Below, piece after piece: positions 1 to 11,717 of a stretch of 64,000 bases of DNA; position 1 is the stretch's first letter; each line of letters begins with the position of its first letter. This DNA is from Marsupella aquatica (taxonomy: Eukaryota > Plantae > Marchantiophyta): positions 13,513,270 through 13,577,269 of the forward strand of contig OZ316892.1 in NCBI GenBank assembly GCA_973895155.1, written 5' to 3'. Both the position numbers and the translations under genes were made by a program. The notes under the pieces were generated by a model. The model made no database searches and was not told the origin of the DNA. It saw nothing but the letters and a program-made list of their open reading frames with translations.

Positions 1-851
1 CCATTGTGTGTCGATAATCTTCCCTGTCTTACAATGGTCACGCGATGGCAATTTTTTGAGCGAGAAGGACTTATGCACGCTCGTGCTACCATTCTGTCGT
101 CGCGGTTAGGCTAAGAATATTTCTCCTCTATTGTCCTTGCGAATGTGCGGGATTTTCACTTCTACTCCATCGCGTCAGCCGCCTCGGCTGACAAGAGGAT
201 ACCTAGTAGTTTGCCGCAATCAATTGTTACACCCCTTCTTCTGACGTTTGTTTGCCGATCTTCTGCCTTTTACTTGGACGGAAAGGACGATGGCGGGGAG
301 ACAAACGAATAGCTGCCTTGAAGCCTAGTGTTTTCCTAGTTAAAATAGCCTTTTTGTTTCATGCGTATAGAGACGTTCTAATTGGATTTTAGAAACCTGT
401 TTTTCTAGTCTTAGACTTTGTAAATATGTTTGTGAAATATCGGAGAATTTTCCTTTTGAATAGTCCAGAATCATTTCAAACATCACAGCTGTGTTAGTCC
501 GTCGATGTTCGAGTGGGAGTCTTAATTCTACCTGGCACATTTTTCTGTGATGATACTTTAAAAGGCTTCGTGTTCGGATCCTTGTTCTGACCAGATTTCT
601 GTGTGCCTCTTTTGCGAGGTAGCGTCGATTGAGTTATCTACGATTTATTTGTTGCAATATGTCCCGACTGATAGACGAACCTAAAATAGGTTGATATTTA
701 GGTTTTGCTAAGTGCGTTGATTTACGAGTTCACAAACAATCGTGTCGTGGCCTGAGTCATATACCTTTCCGTTCTGTGTATGTTGGATCCATTCTTTCAT
801 TTATGCTACGCAATTGAGGTTAGAATTGTTTTGCCATTGGTACCTGTGTAG

Positions 852-3800
852 ATCATAGCGGTGAAGAAGCAAATAGAAGATCTCCAGGGGAAGGAGCTCT
901 ATCCTTGTGCTCAGCAACTTCTTATCCACCAGGGTAAAGTGCTAAAAGATGACACAACTCTGGATGACAACAAGGTGTCTGAAAACGGCTTCCTTGTGGT
1001 CATGCTGACGAAGGTATTGTTCCTTTTTTTTATCCTCTTCCGTTTGGATGAATAAATCCGACTTGGACAGTCTTGATCCACTTTCGTTTTCCAGCCGGAG
1101 ATGCTTTCTCGTGGCAGGAGGAAGGGTAGAATGATCAGTGCAATGAGCCCTTTAGTTAAAAAAAACGGCTTTGTTTGGAATGGAATCGTTCTCGCGCCAA
1201 GTTGATGAGCGGTGTATGCGATATGATAATCCGGTCTTTTCAAACTATTCTAGGGTCCTCTTGTCTGCCTTATATGGGGCTCTTCAAGCTTTTTTGAGTC
1301 TTTTTCGGAAGCGGTATAGGTGTACTGTCGTTTACTTCGTGCCCGAAATAGGTCAAGTAGGATTTTTTCAACTCATACGAGTCTAATTACATAAATTGTG
1401 GAAGCTTCTGGCTTTAGAGCACGGCAGTGTCACCGGATGACTGACACTGCACATTCTGTTTGCTGGTCAGTCAAAGGCAGCACCAACACCAGCACCAACA
1501 CCAACACCAACACCAACACCACCAACATCATCCTCGTCAGCACCTGCACAGGCAAAACCCAGTCCTATTTATATCAACACCCGAGCACCGGCCCGTCATT
1601 TTGTTGTGAATGTGATGATATATTATGTCGAAGTCAACACCAGTGGACATCTAGGAAATATTTGCAGTTCGCGTTTGGTCAAGTGTTTTCTTCTGACTTC
1701 GTCTTTTCTGCAGAATGCATGGAAACTGAGGTAGGAGAAAACTGTGTACCAAATGCGAACCGTATTCTTCATGCGTAGCTGGATGGATCACTAGTGTGCC
1801 AGCTTGTTTGTTTCCCGTGGATATCAATGTGGGGAGACAATGTTCTGTATAATCAAGGGCAAAGCTTTCTTGTGTTCTAATAAGTCCTTGCATTTTTTAC
1901 TGTTCAGGAGCCAGCTGCAACCCCTTCTCCTGCACCAACTCCAACTCCTCCCGCAGCTACACATGCACCGTGAGTATATCAAATGTTTCTTAAACTAACC
2001 ATGCTGAATGTTCTGTGTAGCATTGTCTAGCCAATGTTTTCCCACGGTTATTGTACGCATGAGGGGTTGCAAAACTGCATGGCTCTGATGTCAGCGGGTT
2101 CTCAGCCTGAGGGAAATTCTGAAATCTTGGTCACGTAGCTATTTTTCCAGCTGAGCACTGCATGGGTTGTAACAATAAACACTTCCGTGGTTGTTACCAG
2201 AGCGCCTTCTCCTGCTGCCGCGCCCACTGTTACTTCACCTCCAACCGCAACTGCTATGTATGTGAACTACCGACATCTTGTGTTTGGTACCTCTGTTTAG
2301 ATATAATTGTTAGGCTTCGTTTCTAGATTTGATGTAAATGACACCGTCTACGCTCTATAACAGCACTATGTCACTCGGGCTTGTATTTCACGCACCGATT
2401 GTTAGGTGAAACTCTATGGTTGAGGTTATTTACAGGGTACTTGTAGAATCTGGTAGGGTTTCTTCATACTGATGCAGTCGTTTCTGAGAAACAATGTTGC
2501 ACTTTTAACAAGAGTGTCGAGCGGACGATAGGATTTGCATTGGTTGTTCTGATGGGATGTTCTGGAGGGTGAGGACTATGTCAGACGGACATTTGATTCT
2601 GAGCCATGGTGTTCTGAACAGTAACCCCGCTGACCCTTATGGGCAAGCTGCATCGAATCTCGTTGCGGGGAATTCTTTGGAGCAAACTATCCAAAACCTC
2701 ATGGACATTGGCGGTGGAAGCTGGGAAAGGGATACAGTCGTCAGAGCTCTTCGTGCTGCCTACAATAACCCTGAACGAGCTGTCGAATATCTTTATTCTG
2801 TGAGGAAGCAGCCAGTGATACCTGCTAGCTCGTTTCTTCTAAAATATGTGTCCCGGATTGAGTTTAAGAATTCTGGGCGTCGCTGATAGCAACGATTGTT
2901 CCTTTCGTGTTTCTGATCTGTCGATTTGAAGTTGGTTTAGGTTTTACGGTGCTGAGTGGCCGTCTTGGTTATGTTCTGACCGAGGAATTTGGGACACCTG
3001 CAGGGTATCCCGGAAACAGCGGAAGTCGCTGTGCCTGTAGCCCGCCCGGCAGTTCCTTCTCAGGGAGCTGGACCGGCTCCAGTACCTGCGGCAGTTCCAG
3101 CTGCTGCGGCCCAGGCAGCGCCTCCTGCAGGTGGTCCAAATGCAGCACCTCTTGATCTTTTCCCACAGGTATGGGCATCCGCGGGAGAATGATTGTGTGA
3201 GCACTTTGTTACAAGCCTGTGTTAAATTTTTGTGCACTTTGTTTGAAGTCAAATTTCTCTTTTTTGTCGTCTGGCAAAGTCTACAAGTAGCCACTGTGTT
3301 CTTTTGCAGGGCATGCCTGGAATTGGTGGTCCAGGTGCTGGTGCAGGTGCCCTTGACTTTTTGCGAAATAACGCCCAGGTATGCCTGTTTTGATGACACT
3401 CTCCCATTACATCTGCAGAGTCTTAGTGCAGATTTGATACGAGCGTGATTAACTGTGTGGTATGAGTGACTTGAATAGCACCGTCACAAGAATTGTAGTT
3501 TGGGTCCCAAATTTAAGTCAAACTGTTTTGAGGAGGACAACGAACTACCAAGACGACCAAGTCGATTCATTTATACATTAATTTATATATGCAGTATCTT
3601 CTTACCTATATGAAAGTCTAAATGTTGCCAAATGTTGCTGTGTTTGTGCTCAGTTTCAAGCATTAAGGACAATGGTTCAGGCCAACCCACAAATTTTGCA
3701 GGTGTGTCAACCCAGCAATACATCTACTAACCTACAGTTATTTCTCGACAATGCTCCTTTTAAGCTCCATTGTGTTTCAAAATCTGTAGTTCGTCTTGAA

Positions 3801-4451
3801 ACGCGTGGTAAACATACGCGGCACTTTAATAGTATTGAGTTCCTTCAGCTGTCATGATTGGCGTAGCGGTTTCGTTCTTAAATGCCTCCTTTTTCAGCCC
3901 ATGCTTCAGGAACTTGGAAAGCAGAACCCTCAACTGTTGCGGCTAATTAATGAAAATCAGCCAGAGTTTCTCCGCCTCATTAATGAGCCTGGAGGTGAAG
4001 GTGGCGAAGGGTACGTACACATTGTGTCTTGGCTGAATTGTACAGTAAGAAAGTTGACTGGTGAGCTGTAGGATCGAACTTATCTGAATAACATGGAGTG
4101 AGCTTTTCCTCTTCAATGACGACATTCCTTGGTTCTGTCGTGGAAACTGTAGGGATCTGCTTGGTCAGCTAGCAGGAGCTATGCCTCAATCTATTAATGT
4201 AACCCCTGAAGAAAGGGAAGCCATAGACCGGGTGAGTTATTTCTTTATATCGCCATTTTGTTTTCGAACGATTTTATCAGGTGTATGTTTCTCTTGGCGG
4301 TTCATTTATCCATCTCGGGTTGTCGGTTTTGCAGCTTGAAGGTATGGGATTTGATCGAAATCTTGTAATTGAAGCTTTCCTCGCTTGCGACAAAAATGAG
4401 CAATTGGCAGCCAACTACTTGTTGGAGCACGCGGGGGATTATGAAGATTAA
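852..4451 (+). CDS. RAD23: Ubiquitin receptor RAD23 (UBL-UBA1-XPCB/STI1-UBA2); first coding exon lies upstream of the window
   Basis: Phase-consistent exons 852-1013, 1471-1551, 1908-1969, 2201-2257, 2622-2799, 3004-3168, 3310-3378, 3654-3701, 3898-4010, 4153-4231, 4335-4451. Motifs: UBL '[14 protein letters not shown]', UBA1 '[24 protein letters not shown]', XPCB '[28 protein letters not shown]', UBA2 '[37 protein letters not shown]'; stop TAA 4449-4451. Confidence 0.96.
1482..1527 (+). repeat. Coding (CCAACA)n repeat encoding the Pro-Thr linker of RAD23
   Basis: caccaacaccagcaccaacaccaacaccaacaccaacaccaccaaca translates to [15 protein letters not shown] in the RAD23 frame. Confidence 0.85.
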
Positions 4452-7400
4452 GGAGAGAAAATTATAGAAAATTCTTTATGGTCTCCCTATGCGATGAAAA
4501 AGATGTCGTCAGATGCCCCTGTGATGCCCCGTTGTGTGGCCATGCGTTTCGGCCAGTATTATTCTGCTTCGTTAGTTTACTGCAGACTATTACTTTTCCA
4601 GATGCCATCTTTTCACAAGCTAGAGGGCACTCATGGAGAACAAGCATCTAGAAGTTGGTGCCCCGCACTTTTACAAGGATTTCCTGCACCATCTTCACCC
4701 TGTGTTGTCAAATTCTTAGGGAGTTGTGTTGAACTCGTTTCATGTTTCCTTTTGACTTTGGAAAGTTACACATTCATGTGGCATGTCAACGAGGAGCAGT
4801 TCTCCCTTGAGCGGAAATTGTTTCGGCAATAATAGCTGAGATATCGGTAAATAAGACATCTGCTCTATCCAGCATCCCTGTAGAGGATTGTGAAGGGGAG
4901 GTAGGCTCGCAGGAAACACCCTGCCAGTGTTTTACATGGAGATGGTACCGTGCGCTGTATATCTCGACTTAGGATGCTTACAACAATCTCATGATAGCGA
5001 TATCTGTGGTAGTGTAGAATCGGTCATGTTACTGAATTGGAGAGCTTTATGAGATGGCTCGCTCCAAGAAAGAGCATCTAACGGCCACTGCTTAGGTGAC
5101 TTCACATTTGCGGCTCACTACTACTTCATTGTCTTTTCCAGCTTCGATTTGTTTCCACCAAGTATCTTTTGTACCGATCATAACTGTCTTGTGGGTGTAT
5201 TAGTCTGACCCGAAACATTATGCATCGCTTCTTTGTGGGAAATTTGGAATTTGCTGTCGGCTCTGAACACCTGTGCTTAGTTTCATTCCAAGGAACACCT
5301 TCAAGAGGTGAAATGCCTTAGGGTGTCTTTACTAGACATCGGAGGCACTCGTGGCTCTTTTTCTCCAAAACAAAGTGGATGGCCAGTTCTTGTTCTAAAT
5401 ATAGAACTCCAGACTAAAAAATATTTCGAAATTTATCGAAATTAACAACGATGGACGCAAACCCACTCGCCAAATTTGGAAATGTTTCATCAATTTTAGT
5501 AAGTCTCCTCGCTGTGGATGACTTGGTGGACTTTCGGACGCGCTACTATGCAACAAAGCATGAACAGTAATCATGGCTCTACTTGTCAGCCTGACCTTTG
5601 TTCCAATTGCTAAAAACCAGTATTCGAATATCAATCCACGTTAAAAAGGAGTTGATAGTTTGTGACCCAAGAGCCCCAAAGCAACTACAATAATTATTAG
5701 TCTGGTACTCGTCAAAATGAACTCTGTTCCAAGTTTTATAAATTTGCATGTATATCAACCCACTAGATAAAGGGGGTTCATGGTTTATGACCCCAGAACT
5801 CCAGGAGTCAAAATGGGTTTGAAATCTGTTGGGATTCGTTCGTATTCTATTGTTGTCTCATAGTGAGACAACGATTGGAAAGCCTTGAAGCCGATGTTGG
5901 CCATGAGAGTCAAAAACCTTTGGATTGGGACTACTGGCTCAGAATTTCCACCAAGGTAAGCTTGCCAAGAAGTAGCAAGCTATCCGATCAGCAATGGGCT
6001 CTGCAAAGATGTCATCTGCTCCATTTCTCATAAGCTAAATCACGGGTTCATGCACTAGGGTATGCTTTCCACCAATGTCCTGAGGCACTATTGGTCTTGA
6101 AGGGACATTTTATTGCTCGGAGTAAAGTCTCACCAGGCAATGAGGTTCCATTGCAACACTAGCATATATATGATTGCAATAAGAAAGTTCCACTACTGAT
6201 TACAAAAGTTAACGTACTGCCATTTGACTTTGCCCAAATAAAAAAAGAATTCCCGTGTAAAATAAATCTGATTTCAATTATTTGTAGTGTCATATGACTA
6301 TGCGCAATAAAAAATAAAATTCCTGAGTAAAATGAATCTCTTCTTGAAGTGAGCAGAAGAGAGGGAAAAAAGAAGTTAGAGTGAAAGCACGACAACATCA
6401 CCTTTTTTAGTTGGAAAATAGAAAAATAGGGTTCCATTAAAGAGTGAATAATAAACACATGAAAGGGCAGTCAATGGAAACCCTCACTGAATGACTTTTT
6501 AAGCTGAAACGAAGGAAGGAATCTATATAAAGTGATTAGTAAAGTAATTGCATCGCAATAAGTGCAGAACTTTTAAATGACAAAAGAGAAGAATAATAAA
6601 AGAACTTGGTTTAATTTTTAACTTTACACTCAATCAGCACATATTGACAAAAGAGAAGATAAGTACACTCCCTCCCACGATCAAGTAAAAACAAAGATTT
6701 ATGTGTCCTTTGCAAAGACATATCCTATCTGAATTTGAATAAAGTAAATAACCGCTTTGACCTTGACAAGTCAGATTTCATTACTGTTGGTCCTCAAAGG
6801 CTCAACGTGTGACTTACACATTTGACCTGGTCATACATCGGGCTAAAGGAGTTAGATAATTTTTGTATACAATCGATGTACCTACCCATATATGTATGAT
6901 GGTGAGGTAGGAATGAGGGAACATGTTTGATGATAAGCAAGGTCTAGATGGTATGTGCATATTTTTTCATGGAGAAGTCATATCTATGATTACCAAAGAA
7001 CCACAGAAAGTATTGGGAAAAGCCATGTGAATAAAATACATTGGCTGAATTTGTATGAATTTCCATCCTGAATGTAAATAGAGAAATGGAATGTGACCAG
7101 GCATGATGTTTGGCAGAAGTGACAATTGGACCTTGTTGGGGTGTGATATTTATCATGATATGTATTATTTGATTTGTCTTTGTAATTTGCAGGGCATATC
7201 TGGAGAAAATGCACAGTCAAGTTTAGGGTGCAGCACCAAGTTAAGGTCCATTCAAATTTTGAGATTTGAGACCTCCCTAATGAAACAGGTTGCACTCTCT
7301 TCCTTCAGTGTGAGGCCTACCCTCGTCCCCTGTACACAATGCCATGGCATTCAAAAATGAAAAGTTTTTAGTCTCATGACAAATAACACATTTGAACTTG

Positions 7401-7601
7401 AACACACAATGCCTGGGCATTGTGTTCAAATATTGAGTGTTGTGTTTGAATTTTGACCCTAGACTGTTCTACATTGAGCACAAATGGTAAAAAATTCAGG
7501 AATCAATATGTGAACACAAAGGCTACCATTTGAATAGAACGCCCTGCAAGTACCAAAAATAAAAACACATAGTCAAGACTCAAACATAACAAAAAGGGGT
7601 A

Positions 7602-7838
7602 TTCTAATAGAGTGCCCCAGAGTGCCCCGTTGCCCACTATTTGAATATAGGGCCATAGAGTGCGCTGTTGCCCACTATTTGAATATAGGGCCATGCTGCT
7701 CTCTTGGGGAATGGGGACGACACTAGTGCACACTACTCGAAAATAATGACCATGGGGCACTCTTCTAATAGAGTGCCCAATTGCCCACTATTTGAATATA
7801 GGGCCATGGTGCGCTCTTGGGGACGACACTAGTGCACA
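7602..7838. repeat. Nested direct repeats upstream of the PPR gene
   Basis: TTGCCCACTATTTGAATATAGGGCCAT (27 bp) exact at 7630, 7668 and 7781. TTCTAATAGAGTGCCC at ~7602 and ~7763. GGGGACGACACTAGTGCACA at ~7713 and ~7819. Confidence 0.9.
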
Positions 7839-8444
7839 GTAGTAGTATTGTGTGATGATGCCTGACGAGATGCGTGAGGAGGGCGCTCTCCCATTGAGAT
7901 GAAATGTGAGGGCTGGGCCAAGGCGATCCTATGTGAGGAAATCTGGTGGCAAAATAGCTCAGAGATTTGAGAGTTCGGACATTCTCTGAGAGGGCTGCTT
8001 CTTGCTGGCATAGTCGTGCTGCACCATGAGGAATTGCCGTGCTGCAGAGCTCGGGAGCTGGCGAAATTCCCTCGTTTCTGTGCATCAATTGCGCAAATAC
8101 GAATTGGATTGTTGTGCTTCGGGAGGAAGACGGTGGAGTCTGGAACGTGCTGCGGTCTCGAGCGTCTGGACAGGAGCCCAGCTGTTGCTCCATAATAATA
8201 ATAACAAGTGCGGCAACCGAAACTCCTGCTGTGATTTTTGTCGTTGCATCAGGAAGCAGCCGCATCCACGAAGAAAAAGAAAAGCTTCAAGGAGGAGAAC
8301 CCTCTTGGCTGGTGGGGGTGGAGGGGACAACACTTTCAAAAATTAGTACCGAATTTCGTGTTCCTGGCCCAAAATCTAGACGTCACCGTTGAATGTTCAA
8401 CAACGTCCTGGAAAGTTCTTGTTCCGTTGTGTGCTCTGCTCGAG

Positions 8445-11400
8445 ATGCCTGGAACTGGATTGCTTGCTCAGATGCTGTGGCGAGTGGGGTTTAGGGTTTC
8501 TACAGCTGTGAAGAAGAGTTCACGGTGCACTACTCATCTTGTGTTTTGTCTAGTGGACTACACATCCTCGCAGCAGCAACGAAGACGAGGTCTCCTCCTA
8601 AACTACAGCAGCAGCATCTGCGCGTACCGTCGACCTCTCTTTTGGTGGTATGCTGGACCCTGGATCTCTGCTGATGTGTATATTTGTGCCCTTGCGCTCA
8701 ATTCGAAACCTGTGATAAGAATGGCTTGGTCATGGTTACCTCATTTCCGTCGACGTACTGGTTACTGGTCGTCGTCGGCTGAAGAAAGCAGGAGCACGAA
8801 TTCCTTCCCCGAGACATACAACAGAAGACCTTCCCCCGGCAGTGGCAGGGTTCTGGGCAGTCTTCCTCTTCCTTCTTTATATGTGACTAATGTTCATGTA
8901 AGGCCACTGTGTTTGTTACGTCGTACTACTCACCTGGCTAATGCTACTGCAAGAAGAAGACAAGGCTTCCATCTTCTTGCGCCTTCTTGTGAAGAAGAGT
9001 GGATCATGTTGCACAGTTACTGCAAAGGGCATTATGTCAGATGTGTTCATAATGTTTCAATGGAATCGGAGGATGTGACGACGCTAAGTACCCCTACTGT
9101 GGAATTGTCTCCTCCAAATGAAAGCAGATGCAGGAGTGTTAACCATAGAGACAAGAGCAAGAGGCAGCAGAAGAATTACCTTAAGAGCTACTCTTCCTCG
9201 TCAGATGAACAATTCTTTGCAAACATATTTACTGGAGGTCCCCAATTCGGAGAGCCAAAATATCAGGTTGATGCCCAAAAAACAGCCATGATGATGCAGA
9301 AACTTAAAAAGGTAAGATTCTCTGGGAATTTCGTTGCCCGAGTGCTTAATCTTCAGAAAGAGTGGAAGGCGGCATTGCTGTTCTTTCAATGGGCAGCTCA
9401 ACAAGAGGGATATGAGCACAATGCTCATATATACAGGCGTATGATTCACAAGTTGAATCATATTCCGAAGTCTGACAAAAACTCGAGAAACGTAGAGACT
9501 GTTCTGGGTCTTGCACAAGAAATGATCGAGAAGGGTTGGGATCCTGGGTTGTCCACTACCAATTTCTTAGTTAGTGAGCTATGTCGGGTTGATAGAGTAA
9601 GTAGCGCGGTGCAGTATGTACAAATCTTGAAAGAGAACTGGTTTCCAATAAACGCAAGGACTTACAACCTCTTACTGAGTGGACTACAGTCGTCGTCGTC
9701 TAAGGCAAATGCAAATATTAATTGGGAGCAGATTTGGAAGCTATACGATGAAATGCAGCAAAAGCAGACAGGTAGAAATTGTAGACCTAATGTTGTAACT
9801 TACGGCATTCTCACCCGTGGCCTTTGCCGGGCAGGGAAGCTAGACGAGGCCATGCTGTTGCTGATGTCTATGAAGTTGGAAAACAGATGCAGCCCAGATC
9901 TTGTAATATACAGTACTCTACTTACTGCGTTGACGAAGGCAGACCGTTTGCACGATGCTTGCAAAGTATTTGAGGCATTGGAGAAATCGGGACATAAGCC
10001 TGATTTGATTGCCTTCAGTTCTTTGATAGCGGGGTTGTGCAATGCTGGTAGACTAGAGGAGGCTTTCTTTCTCTTTAGCAAAATGGTGCGTCAGGGATGC
10101 AAACCTGACGCAATTACTTGTAATTCTCTTCTTAATGCATATTCAGAAGCGGGACAAGTGGATGCCGCCATCAATCTTTTTGATGAAATGAAGCAGATGT
10201 TTGCGATAACACCCACATCACTGCGTCACGACTGCATAATCGTCGCTCTATTCAGTGATGGCCGCATTGAGGAGGCCATGAAGGTCTATTATGAAAATTA
10301 TTATTATATGCCATTGCCAGAAGAAGAACATGCTGCGGGTATATCGGGTCTTGGTCTCAGCACAACCCTCGCGACTGTAATCAATGAACTTTGCAGAGCT
10401 GGACAGCTTGACACTGCGTTTGTACTCCTGTGTAGACTGCATCGAGTTGGGACCATTCCCAGTGCAACAACATATATGACAGTGATCGAACACTTTCTGA
10501 AAGCCGGAGAATGGAGGAAAGCTGGAAAGTTGAAAGAAGATATGTCTCAACAGTATAGTGCGCATGACCCAGGGTTCTACAACAACCTAATTGTGAGTTT
10601 GGGCAAAGTAGGTGAACTGAACGATGCCAGCAACCTCTTCCGGAGAATGGAAGAAGGGGGTTTCGTTCCTAACCTACTCATGTACAATTGTGGTATCAAC
10701 TGGCTGGGAAAGGCAGGCAAGTTTCCGGAGGCCTCCATGATTTTGGAAGAAATGGAGGCGAGAAATTGTAGCCCAGATGTCGTTACTTACAATTCACTTC
10801 TACATCATGCCGGTAACTTAGGTAGTTTGGATCAGGTTAAAGATATCTACGCGCAAATGATAAGCAAGGGCTGCAATCCCAATGTTGTCACGTATTCTAC
10901 TCTGATGGGTACCATGGGGAGGAGAGGGCGTCTGGAGGAAGTCTGGGTTTTGGTTAAGGAAATGAAAGAGAAGGGTTGCGCTCCTGATTTGCAGACTTAC
11001 AACATTTTGATGAAACTTATTTTAAAATCTGGTCCATCTAGAGAAGCTTCCAGGTTACTTAAATCCATGGAGAGGGTCGGATGTCCGGCAGATGTGATAA
11101 CCTACAATCTTCTCATCGCTGGCTTGGGTAGACGAGGGCAAATCAGAAAAGCACAGAACTACTTTGAGCAGATGGTAGCGAACGGCTATGTGCCAAATGT
11201 GATCACTCACAGCAGCTTGATCACTCAACTTGGTCGGGCAGGTCAGTGGATGATGGCCCTTAAGCATTTTAGACTACTCCAAAGACAGCACTACGTTTGT
11301 GATGTTGTTGTATACAACTCTATAATCAGCGTACTTTGTAAAGAAGGTCAGCTAGTGGAGGCTCTTCACACCTTCGCAGCAATGGAGAAGCAGGGATGTG

Positions 11401-11717
11401 TTCCAGATGTTGTCACCTACAACTCGATAATTGCTGGATTTAGTAGAGGAGGTCAAGTCGAGGACTCAATCCAGTTTTTCATAAAAATGCAGCAAGAGAG
11501 ATGTGCTCCGGATTCGATCACGTATTGTACTCTTGTTCTTGGGCTATTAAAGCTGAAGCAGTACGTTACTGTTGTTCCACTACTCGAACAAATGGTACGA
11601 AAGGGACTAAGTATCGATCTAGCATTCTATCATTCTCTGAAGTGGAGAATACTTAAGGGGCCCCACTCGGAGAAAGTTTTGCGGCTTCTCGATTTGTTGA
11701 CACGAAGGAGATTATAG
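8445..11717 (+). CDS. P-class pentatricopeptide repeat protein, intronless, long N-terminal extension (start uncertain: ATG 8445, 8721 or later)
   Basis: Open frame 8238-11717 with about 20 35-aa motifs (e.g. PNVVTYGILTRGLCRAGKLDEAMLLLMSMK, PDVVTYNSIIAGFSRGGQVEDSIQFFIKMQ), the 'AALLFFQWAAQQEGYEH' pre-PPR motif, and no E/DYW tail. Confidence 0.93.
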   Translation: MPGTGLLAQMLWRVGFRVSTAVKKSSRCTTHLVFCLVDYTSSQQQRRRGLLLNYSSSICAYRRPLFWWYAGPWISADVYICALALNSKPVIRMAWSWLPHFRRRTGYWSSSAEESRSTNSFPETYNRRPSPGSGRVLGSLPLPSLYVTNVHVRPLCLLRRTTHLANATARRRQGFHLLAPSCEEEWIMLHSYCKGHYVRCVHNVSMESEDVTTLSTPTVELSPPNESRCRSVNHRDKSKRQQKNYLKSYSSSSDEQFFANIFTGGPQFGEPKYQVDAQKTAMMMQKLKKVRFSGNFVARVLNLQKEWKAALLFFQWAAQQEGYEHNAHIYRRMIHKLNHIPKSDKNSRNVETVLGLAQEMIEKGWDPGLSTTNFLVSELCRVDRVSSAVQYVQILKENWFPINARTYNLLLSGLQSSSSKANANINWEQIWKLYDEMQQKQTGRNCRPNVVTYGILTRGLCRAGKLDEAMLLLMSMKLENRCSPDLVIYSTLLTALTKADRLHDACKVFEALEKSGHKPDLIAFSSLIAGLCNAGRLEEAFFLFSKMVRQGCKPDAITCNSLLNAYSEAGQVDAAINLFDEMKQMFAITPTSLRHDCIIVALFSDGRIEEAMKVYYENYYYMPLPEEEHAAGISGLGLSTTLATVINELCRAGQLDTAFVLLCRLHRVGTIPSATTYMTVIEHFLKAGEWRKAGKLKEDMSQQYSAHDPGFYNNLIVSLGKVGELNDASNLFRRMEEGGFVPNLLMYNCGINWLGKAGKFPEASMILEEMEARNCSPDVVTYNSLLHHAGNLGSLDQVKDIYAQMISKGCNPNVVTYSTLMGTMGRRGRLEEVWVLVKEMKEKGCAPDLQTYNILMKLILKSGPSREASRLLKSMERVGCPADVITYNLLIAGLGRRGQIRKAQNYFEQMVANGYVPNVITHSSLITQLGRAGQWMMALKHFRLLQRQHYVCDVVVYNSIISVLCKEGQLVEALHTFAAMEKQGCVPDVVTYNSIIAGFSRGGQVEDSIQFFIKMQQERCAPDSITYCTLVLGLLKLKQYVTVVPLLEQMVRKGLSIDLAFYHSLKWRILKGPHSEKVLRLLDLLTRRRL

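Noticed and set aside
5395-6160. Possible LINE 3' remnant on the minus strand (IYKTWNRVHFD)
   Set aside because: Only one weak motif amid many stops; cannot be supported without a search.
6900-7340. Short ORFs that might be a pseudogene or TE fragment
   Set aside because: No recognisable motif in any frame.
7630-7807. CRISPR-like repeat-spacer appearance of the three 27-mers
   Set aside because: Eukaryotic context, spacers of 11 and 86 nt, spacer content itself duplicated, and no cas genes.
11500-11717. RNA-editing (PLS-E/DYW) PPR
   Set aside because: Motifs are uniform 35-aa P type, and there is no E domain, HxE/CxxC or DYW terminus.
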